A DNA stretch of 64,000 bases, taken from contig NW_025767284.1 of NCBI RefSeq assembly GCF_003918875.1, positions 310,001 to 374,000 on the forward strand, in the 5' to 3' direction. This document shows, piece by piece, positions 1-10,559 of this stretch. The translations under genes and the position numbers were made by a program. The notes below the pieces were generated by a model. That model saw only the letters and a program-made list of their open reading frames with translations. It did not search any database and was not told where the DNA came from. How positions within the stretch are numbered: the first letter of the stretch is position 1; every line of letters starts with the position of its first letter. The stretch comes from Haliotis rubra (lineage: Eukaryota).

Positions 1-2086
1 GTGATATTAATGTGGAGATGCTGACTAGACAATGATATACATCTTAAGAGGTTGGGGAAAGTGATATTAATGTGGAGATGCTGACTAGACAATGATATAC
101 ATCTTAAGAGGTTGGGGAAAGTGATATTAATGTGGAGATGCTGACTAGACAATGATATACATCTTAAGAGGTTGGGGAAAGTGATATTAATGTGGAGATG
201 CTGACTCAACAATGATATACATCTTAAGAGGTTGGGGAAGGTGATATTAATGTGGAAATGCTGACTAGACAATGATATACATCTTAAGAGGTTGGGGAAC
301 CTGATATTAATGTGGAAATGCTCACTAGACAATGATATACATCTTAAGAGGTTGGGGAAAGTGATATTAATGTGGAGATGCTGACTAGACAATGATATAC
401 ATCTTAAGAGGTTGAGGAAAGTGATATTAATGTGGAGATGCTGACTAGACAATGATATACATCTTAAGAGGTTGGGGAAAGTGATATTAATGTGGAGATG
501 CTGACACAACAATGATATACATCTTAAGAGGGTGGGGAAAGTGATATTAATGTGGAGATGCTGACTCAACAATGATATACATCTTAAGAGGTTGGGGAAA
601 GTGATATTAATGTGGAGATGCTGACTAGACAATGATATACATCTTAAGAGGTTGGGGAAAGTGATATTAATGTGGAGATGCTGACTAGACAATGATATAC
701 ATCTTAAGAGGTTGGGGAAAGTGATATTAATGTGGAGATGCTGACTCAACAATGATATACATCTTAAGAGGTTGGGGAAGGTGATATTAATGTGGAAATG
801 CTGACTAGACAATGATATACATCTTAAGAGGTTGGGGAACCTGATATTAATGTGGAAATGCTCACTAGACAATGATATACATCTTAAGTGGTTGGGGAAA
901 GTGATATTAATGTGGAGATGCTGACTAGACAATGATATACATCTTAAGAGGTTGAGGAAAGTGATATTAATGTGGAGATGCTGACTAGACAATGATATAC
1001 ATCTTAAGAGGTTGGGGAAAGTGATATTAATGTGGAGATGCTGACACAACAATGATATACATCTTAAGAGGGTGGGGAAAGTGATATTAATGTGGAGATG
1101 CTGACTCAACAATGATATACATCTTAAGAGGTTGGGAAAGTGATATTAATGTGGAGATGCTGACTAGACAATGATATACATCTTAAGAGGTTGGGGAAAG
1201 TGATATTAATGTGGAGATGCTGACTAGACAATGATATACATCTTAAGAGGTTGGGGAAAGTGATATTAATGTGGAGATGCTGACTAGACAATGATATACA
1301 TCTTAAGAGGTTGGGGAAAGTGATATTAATGTGGAGATGCTGACTAGACAATGATATACATCTTAAGAGGGTGGGGAAAGTGATATTAATGTGGAGATGC
1401 TGACTCAACAATGAGATACATCTTAAGAGGTTGGGGAAGGTGATATTAATGTGGAAATGCTGACTAGACAATGATATACATCTTAAGAGGTTGGGGAAGG
1501 TGATATTAATGTGGAAATGCTGACTAGACAATGATATACATCTTAAGAGGTTGGGGAAAGTGATATTAATGTGGAGATGCTGACTAGACAATGATATACA
1601 TCTTAAGAGGTTGGGGAAAGTGATATTAATGTGGAGATGCTGACTAGACAATGATATACATCTTAAGAGGTTGGGGAAAGTGATATTAATGTGGAGATGC
1701 TGACACAACAATGATATACATCTTAAGAGGTTGGGGAAAGTGATATTAATGTGGAGATGCTGACTAGACAATGATATACATCTTAAGAGGTTGGGGAAAG
1801 TGATATTAATGTGGAGATGCTGACTAGACAATGATATACATCTTAAGAGGATGGGGAAAGTGATATTAATGTGGAGATGCTGACTAGACAATGATATACA
1901 TCTTAAGAGGTTGGGGAACGTGATATTAATGTGGAAATGCTGACTAGACAATGGTATACATCTTAAGAGGTTGGGGAAAGTGATATTAATGTGGAGATGC
2001 TGACTAGACAATGATATACATCTTAAGAGGTTGGGGAAAGTGATATTAATGTGGAGATGCTGACTCAACAATGATATACATCTTAA
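1..2086. repeat. 60-bp tandem satellite, left part (runs off the window start)
   Basis: About 35 near-identical copies of GTGATATTAATGTGGAGATGCTGACTAGACAATGATATACATCTTAAGAGGTTGGGGAAA; ends at TTAA 2083-2086. Confidence 0.99.
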
Positions 2087-3611
2087 AGGTCACATAAACC
2101 CTAGGGGGTACAAATACATAAATCACTAACTGGCATCGTTATAAATGAAACCCCGTCATTAAAACTACTCATTTCGACCTTTAATTGACTTAAATCGACC
2201 TTTTTGACAACAGTGCACAATTCTCACCCGCGAACGAAATTTCAACCAATCAGAGCGGCGCGCGTCTGTGACGTCATATGAGGAATAGCTTTGAGGGCCG
2301 ATGCAGAATTCATCTACATTTTAGGGGTTAAATTATCTTGTTTACAGGCTTGTATAAACCTGAAATCGTGACAATTGTTGTGGAAAATAAAAGCTATATG
2401 TTCTCACAATCTACTGTCATTTAATTTTGTCTCCTGCTTTGCCTAGTTTCTGAGTTACAACTTGTTTTCATAGACGATTCTGTCAAAATCGATTGGTGTC
2501 GTTAGGCCCTATTTGTATAATGACTGATCCAAATCGATCCCATTTCTGTGTTTTTACCTCGATATTTAATCATGTCATGTAAAAATATGTTTGTATTCTC
2601 AAAACAGTGTCGGCCCATAAGTTTTCACATGCAATACAGCAATTAATACTCCCTTGTTGTAACCCGTGTTAGGTGGTATAAACCTACACATGTTATTTGT
2701 CATCATTCACTTGATGGTCAGTTAATGAATTTATAACAGGTATAATTAGAGGTAACACACTTAGATTACCCGACAAAGGTTCCCATTTGGCATTTCTTGT
2801 GTCTGGAGTAAATATTCAACATTATAAACATCGATCAAAGGATTAACCGATAACACGCTGATTGATTAATTACTTTTATCTTACACAGCGGAATTGTCAA
2901 AAGGTAGTGTTTATGTATGTAGATTTACTAATCTATACTGAATACACTCTGCCGTGTCGGTGTCTGCGTAAAAACAACGTCCTTCTTTCAAAGGATTAAC
3001 CGGCAATACATTGATTGATTGCCGATTATTGGCTAACTAAATTACTGTTTTTAAAGAAAGGCGGACATTATGCAATTAGTTGCCAGGTGTGCTATCTTGG
3101 GTGACCAATGAGACTATACACCAATACCTGAAAAGATTTATCACTTTTTCGTATATTAAACTGTTAAAAGACACATCATTTGGAACAGTTTTGTGGATAT
3201 TGATGGATACATTCCTCGAACCAGGTAATGGCCTGATATTGTTCCTATAACTTTAATCTGTTTTAATTTTAATAGTTGCATTTTGATTTTATTCATTTGT
3301 CGTAGCATTCAACAGAATCATTGTTTTCGCCGTGAAGTGTAATGAGTCAGACAACATGCACTAGGGTGTGTGTGCGAATTATGATTCACATTGGCAAACT
3401 ATAAAATGTCTAGATATTACAGTTCTGTTATAAATTCACTATAAGTATCAGCAGATCGTCTGCTTTTTATTTAGTTTCAAAATGCATACAAGTATGATAA
3501 TAGACTAATTAGGATTATAAGACCAAATATAAAGACGCACATTGACTAGTATCTACATACTGGTGAGTGGACATTAACCATGGGAATGTAGCAAGAAATT
3601 TATCGCGCAGT

Positions 3612-4155
3612 ATTGTGACTTCGACCCCCACCTCGCTTCCGTGGAAGAAATCGTTATGTTATAAGTTGTGTCATGCAAAATCCGTTTGGTTATGATTCCA
3701 ATACATATTTAACTACGAGTAGAAAGTAGTCTTGATTATCTAACTTGATGAAAACAAACTATAATCTCATTAATTCTAACAGATTTTTTTATTTTTAAAA
3801 ATGGCGGCGCCCTGTCGGGAACATCCGCCAGTCTGAGGATACATGGTATTTAGGTTTGTTTTCACCGAGTTACAAAATCAAAACTACTTTCTACTGGTAG
3901 TAAAATATGTATTTTATTGATGGCCAATAGGATTTTGCATGACATAGCGTATAACATAACAATTTCTCTCCTGGCAGCGAGGTGGGTGTCAATATAATAC
4001 TACTTACAATATTATTGTTACTTCGACCACAACCTCACTTCCGAGGAAGAAATCGTTATGTTACAAGTTGTGTCATAGAAAATCTTTATGGTCATCAATC
4101 ATATGCATATTTTACAACAACTAGTAAGTAGTTTTGATTCTTTAACTTCAGTGAA
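3612..4155. repeat. Three ~150-bp internal repeats in direct/inverted/direct arrangement inside the Kolobok element
   Basis: ~3612-3760 (+), ~3852-3992 (inverted) and ~4017-4155 (+) share ACTTCGACC..ACCTCGCTTCCG.GGAAGAAATCGTTATGTTA.AAGTTGTGTCAT...AAGTAGT.TTGATT. Confidence 0.85.
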
Positions 4156-4323
4156 GCGATCTGAACACAAGTAAGATATCGTTTCAGGCTTCCACAACGC
4201 TCGCTTCGCACTCACAAACATAACCGATTTAGCACGAACTGCGGGGTCCTGTGGAAATCTGTGCATGGGGACACCATCGCCCGACCCCTAGGAGCAATTG
4301 ACGACAAAGCAACGATTCGGCAT
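4147..4323 (-). pseudogene. Decayed THAP zinc-finger N-terminus of the Kolobok transposase
   Basis: Manual translation gives MPNRCFVVNCS*GSGDGVPMHRFPQDPAVRAKSVMFVSAKRALWKPETISYLCSDRFTE. This fits the THAP pattern C-x4-C...HRFP.D...W...LCS.HF, with an in-frame TAG and W>S and H>R substitutions. Confidence 0.88.
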
Positions 4324-4627
4324 GTCATCGTTGATGTCGAGAAATCATCAAAATGATGAGCGTGCTACACATTTTCTATACAACTAACTGAAAATCGTTC
4401 CTCATATGACGTCACTGCAGTGCTCTGGCGACAGAGTTACGTAACCTGTCTGTGGTTTCGTTGGCGGGCGAGAGGGAAGCAGGCGACTTTTTGGCCACTT
4501 TTAATCGCTCGGTATTAATTAACCACAAGTTTTTAAAGAATAAATTTGGCGTTCCGCATAAGACTAACCACAAATCTTTCATATGTAATGGTTAAAAGAG
4601 TAACCAAAAACAAAGTTTAGTGGTTCT

Positions 4628-5760
4628 TTAAGAGGGTGGGGAAAGTGATATTAATGTGGAGATGCTGACTCAACAATGATATACATCTTAAGAGGTTGGG
4701 GAAAGTGATATTAATGTGGAGATGCTGACTAGACAATGATATACATCTTAAGAGGTTGGGGAAAGTGATATTAATGTGGAGATGCTGACTAGACAATGAT
4801 ATACATCTTAAGAGGTTGGGGAAAGTGATATTAATGTGGAAATGCTGACTAGACAATGGTATACATCTTAAGAGGTTGGGGAAGGTGATATTAATGTGGA
4901 GATGCTGACTAGACAATGATATACATCTTAAGAGGTTGGGGAAAGTGATATTAATGTGGAGATGCTGACTCAACAATGATCTTAAGAGGTTGGGGAAAGT
5001 GATATTAATGTGGAGATGCTGACTAGACAATGATATACATCTTAAGAGGTTGGGGAAAGTGATATTAATGTGGAGATGCTGACTAGACAATGATATACAT
5101 CTTAAGAGGTTGGGGAAAGTGATATTAATGTGGAGATGCTGACTAGACAATGATATACATCTTAAGAGGTTGGGGAAAGTGATATTAATGTGGAGATGCT
5201 GACTCAACAATGATATACATCTTAAGAGGTTGGGGAAGGTGATATTAATGTGGAAATGCTGACTAGACAATGATATACATCTTAAGAGGTTGGGGAAAGT
5301 GATATTAATGTGGAGATGCTGACTAGACAATGATATACATCTTAAGAGGGTGGGGAAAGTGATATTAATGTGGAGATGCTGACTCAACAATGATATACAT
5401 CTTAAGAGGTTGGGGAAAGTGATATTAATGTGGAGATGCTGACTAGACAATGATATACATCTTAAGAGGTTGGGGAAGGTGATATTAATGTGGAGATGCT
5501 GACTAGACAATGATATACATCTTAAGAGGTTGGGGAAAGTGATATTAATGTGGAGATGCTGACTAAACAATGACATTGGACAGTATGACAACCAAATGAA
5601 CCAATGATATACATTTGGAGAGTATGACAACCAATGATATACATTTGAAGAGGGTGGCTAAACAATGATATACATTTGGAAATGTTGATCAAGCAATGAT
5701 ATACATTGGAGAGTATAACAAACAATGATATGCATTTTGTAAGAGTGGGGAAAATTGATA
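4628..5760. repeat. 60-bp tandem satellite, right part, decaying into 30-bp monomers
   Basis: Same unit as 1-2086 up to ~5572, then diverged ~30-bp units (AATGATATACATTTGGAGAGTATGACAACC-like) to ~5760. Confidence 0.97.
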
Positions 5761-6640
5761 TTTTCTTTGGGTCCTCGTGTTTAAGACAGAAAACATTTGA
5801 CAAGAAACATGGTCCCATCTCCCTGTGGTAGAGTAGGAGCGAGTGTCCCAGAAGCCTAGGGCGCCGGGATTTGCTGTAAAGTCGGATTTTTAAAACGATC
5901 ACACCAGTATACACAAAACAGCTGACTGTAAACAAAACCCAGTTGTAATGACGTCACGTAAGATGTCGCAAACTGCTCATTTCAAGCAGCAAGCCAGAGG
6001 TTTACCATCTGTGGCGTGGTTTTGGAACGGCACTTAACGCGCTAGCATGCGTGATCTCAAGATACGGAAATAAGCTGACCATTGTGGACAGGAAGGGATG
6101 AAAGTGCGTGGACCGTGCACGTGGCTGACAGGGACGGCGTGACTCGTCATCAATTGTCTTTGATAATGGAGAAATTCTTGAAACTCAGGATGCGTTGTGA
6201 ATGCCTTAAGGAGATTTGTTTTGGGCCAAAGTCGTCTTCAAACATACTGCGATTAATTGTTGTTTGTTGAGCTAATCCTACCGCGAACGTCGTCAACCAC
6301 GACGTCAAACACCAACGTTGCTCTGATAGAAACGTCTTGTCAACATCATATAAGCTCGATTACGAAGCCCCTTTGGTGGAGATGTGTATTGCCTTACAGA
6401 GGAGTTAGGCCAGGGGCGACTGGGGCTGTAATGAAGCACGGCTCGTATGTCTTTAGGGCCACCATTATATGTCTGGGTGGAAGAGGGATCGTCATAGTTC
6501 TGTTTGTTTTACGAAGAGTAAATCCGGGTTCTTCCGCAGCGTAGCCGTTCATCACGTCACGCTTTCGTCGGCATTAAGCTGACACGTCATGGCGTGAATC
6601 GAAGCTGTTGAAAGCAGCGTTAAACTCACTCACTCACTCA

Positions 6641-7130
6641 GAGGCGTTGGGGTAGTCTAGTGGTTAAAACGTTCGATCATCACGCCGAAGACGATGGCTC
6701 GATTCCCCACATGGGTACAATGTGTGAAGTCCAGTTCTGTTAGTGTTATTATGTTATGTTTATTTCAGTTCTTAATAAGGTCACAGGCCTATAGTACATT
6801 AAATATACAATCAGACATAGTATAAAAATATAAATAGAATTGTAAAAGCTCATCCAGCTGGATTGCAGACGCATGTTGTAAGTATGTTTAATCTGTACAT
6901 GGAGGCATGATAAATGAACATAGCTAAATCCTGCAGAACTTTACCATTCGTGTTATTTTGGTAACAATAATGAAATTTAGTTAAATTTGGGTATGTAAAG
7001 TAATATGGTTGCAGGTATCTTTCTCTCAGTTGCCCCCCCCCCCCCCTCCCCCCCATTTCTGGTGTCCCCTGCCGTACTATTGCTGGAATATTGTTAAAAG
7101 CGGCGTAAAACTAAGGTCACTCACTCACTC
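6641..7130 (+). mobile_element. SINE family A copy interrupted by a LINE fragment
   Basis: tRNA-like head 6641-6739; the remainder of the SINE resumes at ~7052 (CCCATTTCTGGTGTCCCC...TCACTCACTC). Confidence 0.9.
6740..7051 (-). mobile_element. 5'-truncated non-LTR retrotransposon 3' end (ORF2 C-terminus plus 3' UTR; clade uncertain, RTE-X/CR1-group-like)
   Basis: Minus-strand peptide QLRERYLQPYYFTYPNLTKF...VLQDLAMFIYHASMYR resembles LINE ORF2 C-termini. AATAAA plus A-rich tail; ~10-bp TSD TCCAGTTCTG/CCCATTTCTG; G-tract at the 5' junction. Confidence 0.75.
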
Positions 7131-7683
7131 GGGGGCGGTGGGGTAGTCTAGTGGTTAAAGCGTTCAATCATCACACCGAAGATGATGGTTCGATTCCCCA
7201 CTTGGATATAGTGTGTGAAGCCCATTTCTGGCGTCCCTCGCCGTAATATTGCTGGGATATTGTTAAAAGCGGCGTAAAACTAAAGTCACGCACTCACTCG
7301 GGGGCGGTGGGGTAGTCTAGTGATTAAAGCGTTCAATCATCACACCGAAGATGATGGTTCGATTCCCCACTTGGATATAGTGTGTGAAGCCCATTTCTGG
7401 CGTCCCTCGCCGTAATATTGCTGGAATATTGTTAAAACCGGCGTAAAACTAAAGTAACTCACTCACTCGGGGGCGGTGGGGTAGTCTAGTGGTTAAAGCG
7501 TTCAATCATCACACCGAAGATGATGGTTCGATTCCCCACTTGGATATAGTGTGTGAAGCCCATTTCTGGCGTCCCTCGCCGTAATATTGCTGGGATATTG
7601 CTAAATGCTAAAAACTAAACTCACACACCCTTTCACTCACTCACTCTTTCACTCACTCACTCTTTCACTCACCCAATCACTCA
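7131..7683 (+). mobile_element. Head-to-tail trimer of SINE family A (169-bp period) plus TCAC tail
   Basis: Units start at 7131, 7300 and 7469 and share private variants (GATGATGGTTCG, CTTGGATATAG). Confidence 0.95.
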
Positions 7684-7974
7684 TTCCAGAATACACTGGA
7701 ACATGAATTGGTGTTCTCAGAGTTGAAATTATGTTTTGTCTTGCTAATCCAGTCAGATATAAAATGTACATTTCGGAAAGATGTTGAAACAAGAGTTTGT
7801 CTCATACACGTGGATCTCAGCAGAGCGTCAACTATTCGGTGAGTAAATCGAATAGCAGTGACTGGTTACCCAATGTGTAGTACCAACATAGTCAAAAACA
7901 TATGTGGTACTGTGTGTGTGTGCGCGCGCGTGCGTATGCGTGTGCGTGTCTGTGTCTGTGTCTGCGTACTAGTC

Positions 7975-8480
7975 AGGATCTATGATTTGGAAGGACAACG
8001 CGGCCAGGTAATGGAAACTTCCTCCTGAGGGCAGTCATTCAATGCTATTACACATATGGGCTATTCAAAACTATTCATCGTTCCGATGAAACGAAACCAG
8101 ATCGACGTCCGTCTTCAACGTCATTTGTCTGTCGATATTGTGAACGTATTCTGCAAACTACTGACTGTGAAACGTTCAGAGCTCGTGCTCTTGTCTTTTT
8201 CCAACTTCCAACATTGCCGGTTGCACTAGCCGTTTGTGTCGTGATAGACGCCGAATGTACTAAAATCCCGTACAATTGAGTTCTAAAACAATATCATATC
8301 AGAACAACTTTCAGATTGTTTTTTTATCACTGAAATATATAGCAACACGCTGACACGCTTCGCAGTTCACGTGCAGTTCATGAAAAACGTTTGGAGGAAA
8401 TTGACGTATTTTCACAAAATTCATCAAACGTTGTGAATGGAATATCATTTTCTAAATCCATAAACAATCATACAACTTGG
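7975..8480 (-). mobile_element. Internally deleted Tc1-like transposon remnant
   Basis: Peptide ARALNVSQSVVCRIRSQYRQTNDVEDGRRSG is a Tc1 paired-type HTH plus the GRP-motif region; a degenerate WP-motif segment lies near 8000. Boundaries are approximate. Confidence 0.7.
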
Positions 8481-9819
8481 TTCCCAAATAATATAACCCT
8501 AAAATGGATTATTCCCTATTTTGTAAGATAATTAAACGAGTTTACTACAGAACAACATGTACAGTGTTAACATGTTAGCAAGCTATTGTACATTCAGACA
8601 TCTTTCTTAATATCGTGGTTCTTCGTCCTGCAGAAGATTTGTAATTCATCTTCAGAAATTTAAAACAACTTCACCATGTTAAATCTGCATTGCTTGCTCA
8701 CTTTAGAAACCTTAATCACAAATAGATCGTATTGAATAGTGTTGCATTTCGACATGGCTGTACTCACTCACTCATACACTGTCACTCACTTAATCACTGT
8801 CTCGCTTGATCCTCGCTGACCCTCTCACTTGTTCGCGTATTTCGGTGTTCATTTTATTCTCGGGTTCTCACAGTAAGACCAACTGGCTGTCGTCAATAAA
8901 AGTTTCCCCGTCACCTCTCTCTTTAACCCCAGTCGGAGTGTTTTACCCCCGTGCTGTCGCGTGGGCGTATCATTAAACGCACGTTTTTAAATTTACCAAA
9001 TGTCTTTTCCAAGGGTGAGTTCGCTTCAGTGATCTTTACACTCTGTCTTATTGAACGGCATTCGGTGTTTGACTGAAGTTACAAATAGCTGGATTAATCA
9101 ATCAATTACCTTCGGGAGAGGCTGACCTCGGAGCCGAGGGTGATCAGATCGATGAGAACTCTACGTGACGCAAAGACTGAAAGTTTTTGTGAATCAACCA
9201 CATATTTCCCCCAAGCCGGTGTTGTTTTGTATAAAAGTGCTTGTTTACGTGTAATTAAATCACCAAGGATGAGAAGACATGGAATCGTGGTTTGATTGCT
9301 GGTGCTTGAGTTCCAGGTCTGTAACTCTGCACCACTAAACTGGCTAACCCGCTACAAGCGCACGTGCAATAAACAAGCTCTGTTATTACACGTGGGCATG
9401 TTTTATACCCCATTTGGAAAAAAATATATTTGTTTGGCATTTAACATGTTTCCGTTCCACTATGCTTGTGGTGTATAGAAATTACAATAAAACCCCAAAA
9501 AGTCTGTTTAATGCTTTGAGCACTGTTTGTTATATTGTAATTGATGGGGAACGTTTGGGAGTTTACATTGCCTTAACTAACAGGGTGAAATTGATGTGAC
9601 TGGCTGAGTGACAAGCTGAACCAGGAGATACAGGAGTTGATAATCCTCACCTAATGGCCGTGTAGTGAAAAATATTAAAGACAATAAAAGGAAAAAGCAT
9701 GTTGTTACAGCTTCCTGTTTTGTCCGATAACTACTGGTGCTGTAAATTTTCCAGATGAAAAAGAAACATTAATTAATGTTGAAGTCATCTGTGTCACGAC
9801 AGTCTGTTGATACTGAAAG

Positions 9820-9935
9820 AGTTAGTAGGTGGTTAAGTGGTTGAGTTAACTGTTGACTGGTTGAGTGATTGATTGAGTGAGTGGTTGAGTGAGTGAGTGA
9901 GACTGGTTGAGTGAGTGAGCGAGTGAGTGAGTGAA
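9820..9935. repeat. Degenerate (GAGT)n microsatellite
   Basis: Directly visible; same motif as the family A tails. Confidence 0.85.
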
Positions 9936-10299
9936 GAAGCGCTTGATCTTTCTGAAATGTATATTTTACCTCTGCCAAGATTAACAAGACAAAACAAACC
10001 ATAATTTCAAGTTCTAGGATATTCTGGAGTGTTGGAGGAGGAAAGCCGGTGTTGAAACCCACGACCTATGATGCTGACAAACTTAGAAAACTAGCCCAGA
10101 GAAATGTTGCATATTCTGGAACAAATTGACATTTTTGTCCAAAAGCCAACAGCAGCGCAGCGTCCGCCACCTCAAACAGCAAATGGTAGCCCCTAGCATG
10201 AGAGTACATTTGTCGGAGTCAGGCCTGTCTGGCCCTCAATCTGCCAGATTCGAAACCGCAATGATAGGATTTTAATGTGCCTATAAAGTGGATGAAAGA

Positions 10300-10440
10300 G
10301 TAAGGTTTTAAGCCGCTTTTAGCAATACCACGGCGGGGTTACAAGAAATGGGGACATTGAACCCATGTGGGGAATCGAACCCGGGTTTTCGGCGGGACGA
10401 GCGGTCGTATTAACCACTAGGCTACTCCACCGTCCCGGGT
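10300..10440 (-). mobile_element. SINE family A (diverged)
   Basis: Reverse match to A/B-box head and 3' tail. Confidence 0.85.
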
Positions 10441-10559
10441 GCATATGGGAACTCCGAGATAGTTTGGTTAAACCAGTGAGTGATAACGTGAGCAGCCGAC
10501 CCGACGACATGCAATCGGCCAGGTGACCCAGAACGAACACCTCACACAGACTACATGAT

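Larger units (their letters stand above)
2087..4627 (-). mobile_element. Non-autonomous Kolobok-superfamily DNA transposon (2541 bp)
   Basis: Exact interruption of the satellite at ATC-TTAA-GAG with TTAA duplicated (2083-2086, 4628-4631). Termini 5'-AG...CT-3' with imperfect TIR (AGGTCACATAAAC vs AGAACCACTAAAC). Perfect 18-bp subterminal inverted repeat at 2268-2285 / 4398-4415. THAP remnant inside. TTAA TSD, RR..YY ends and THAP are the Kolobok hallmarks; piggyBac would start CC/CA. Confidence 0.9.

Noticed and set aside
2083-4631. piggyBac assignment of the TTAA-flanked insertion
   Set aside because: Ends are AG...CT rather than CC...GG, and a THAP domain is present, which fits Kolobok.
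1124-5630. 315-aa and 337-aa ORFs of (SSQHLHINITFPNLLRCISL)n
   Set aside because: Translations of the 60-bp satellite; frame broken by a 1-bp deletion near 1136 and by the transposon; no unique termini.
10020-10085. Possible V-domain (RUDI-like) SINE remnant on the minus strand
   Set aside because: Similarity is too short and degenerate to support as a feature.
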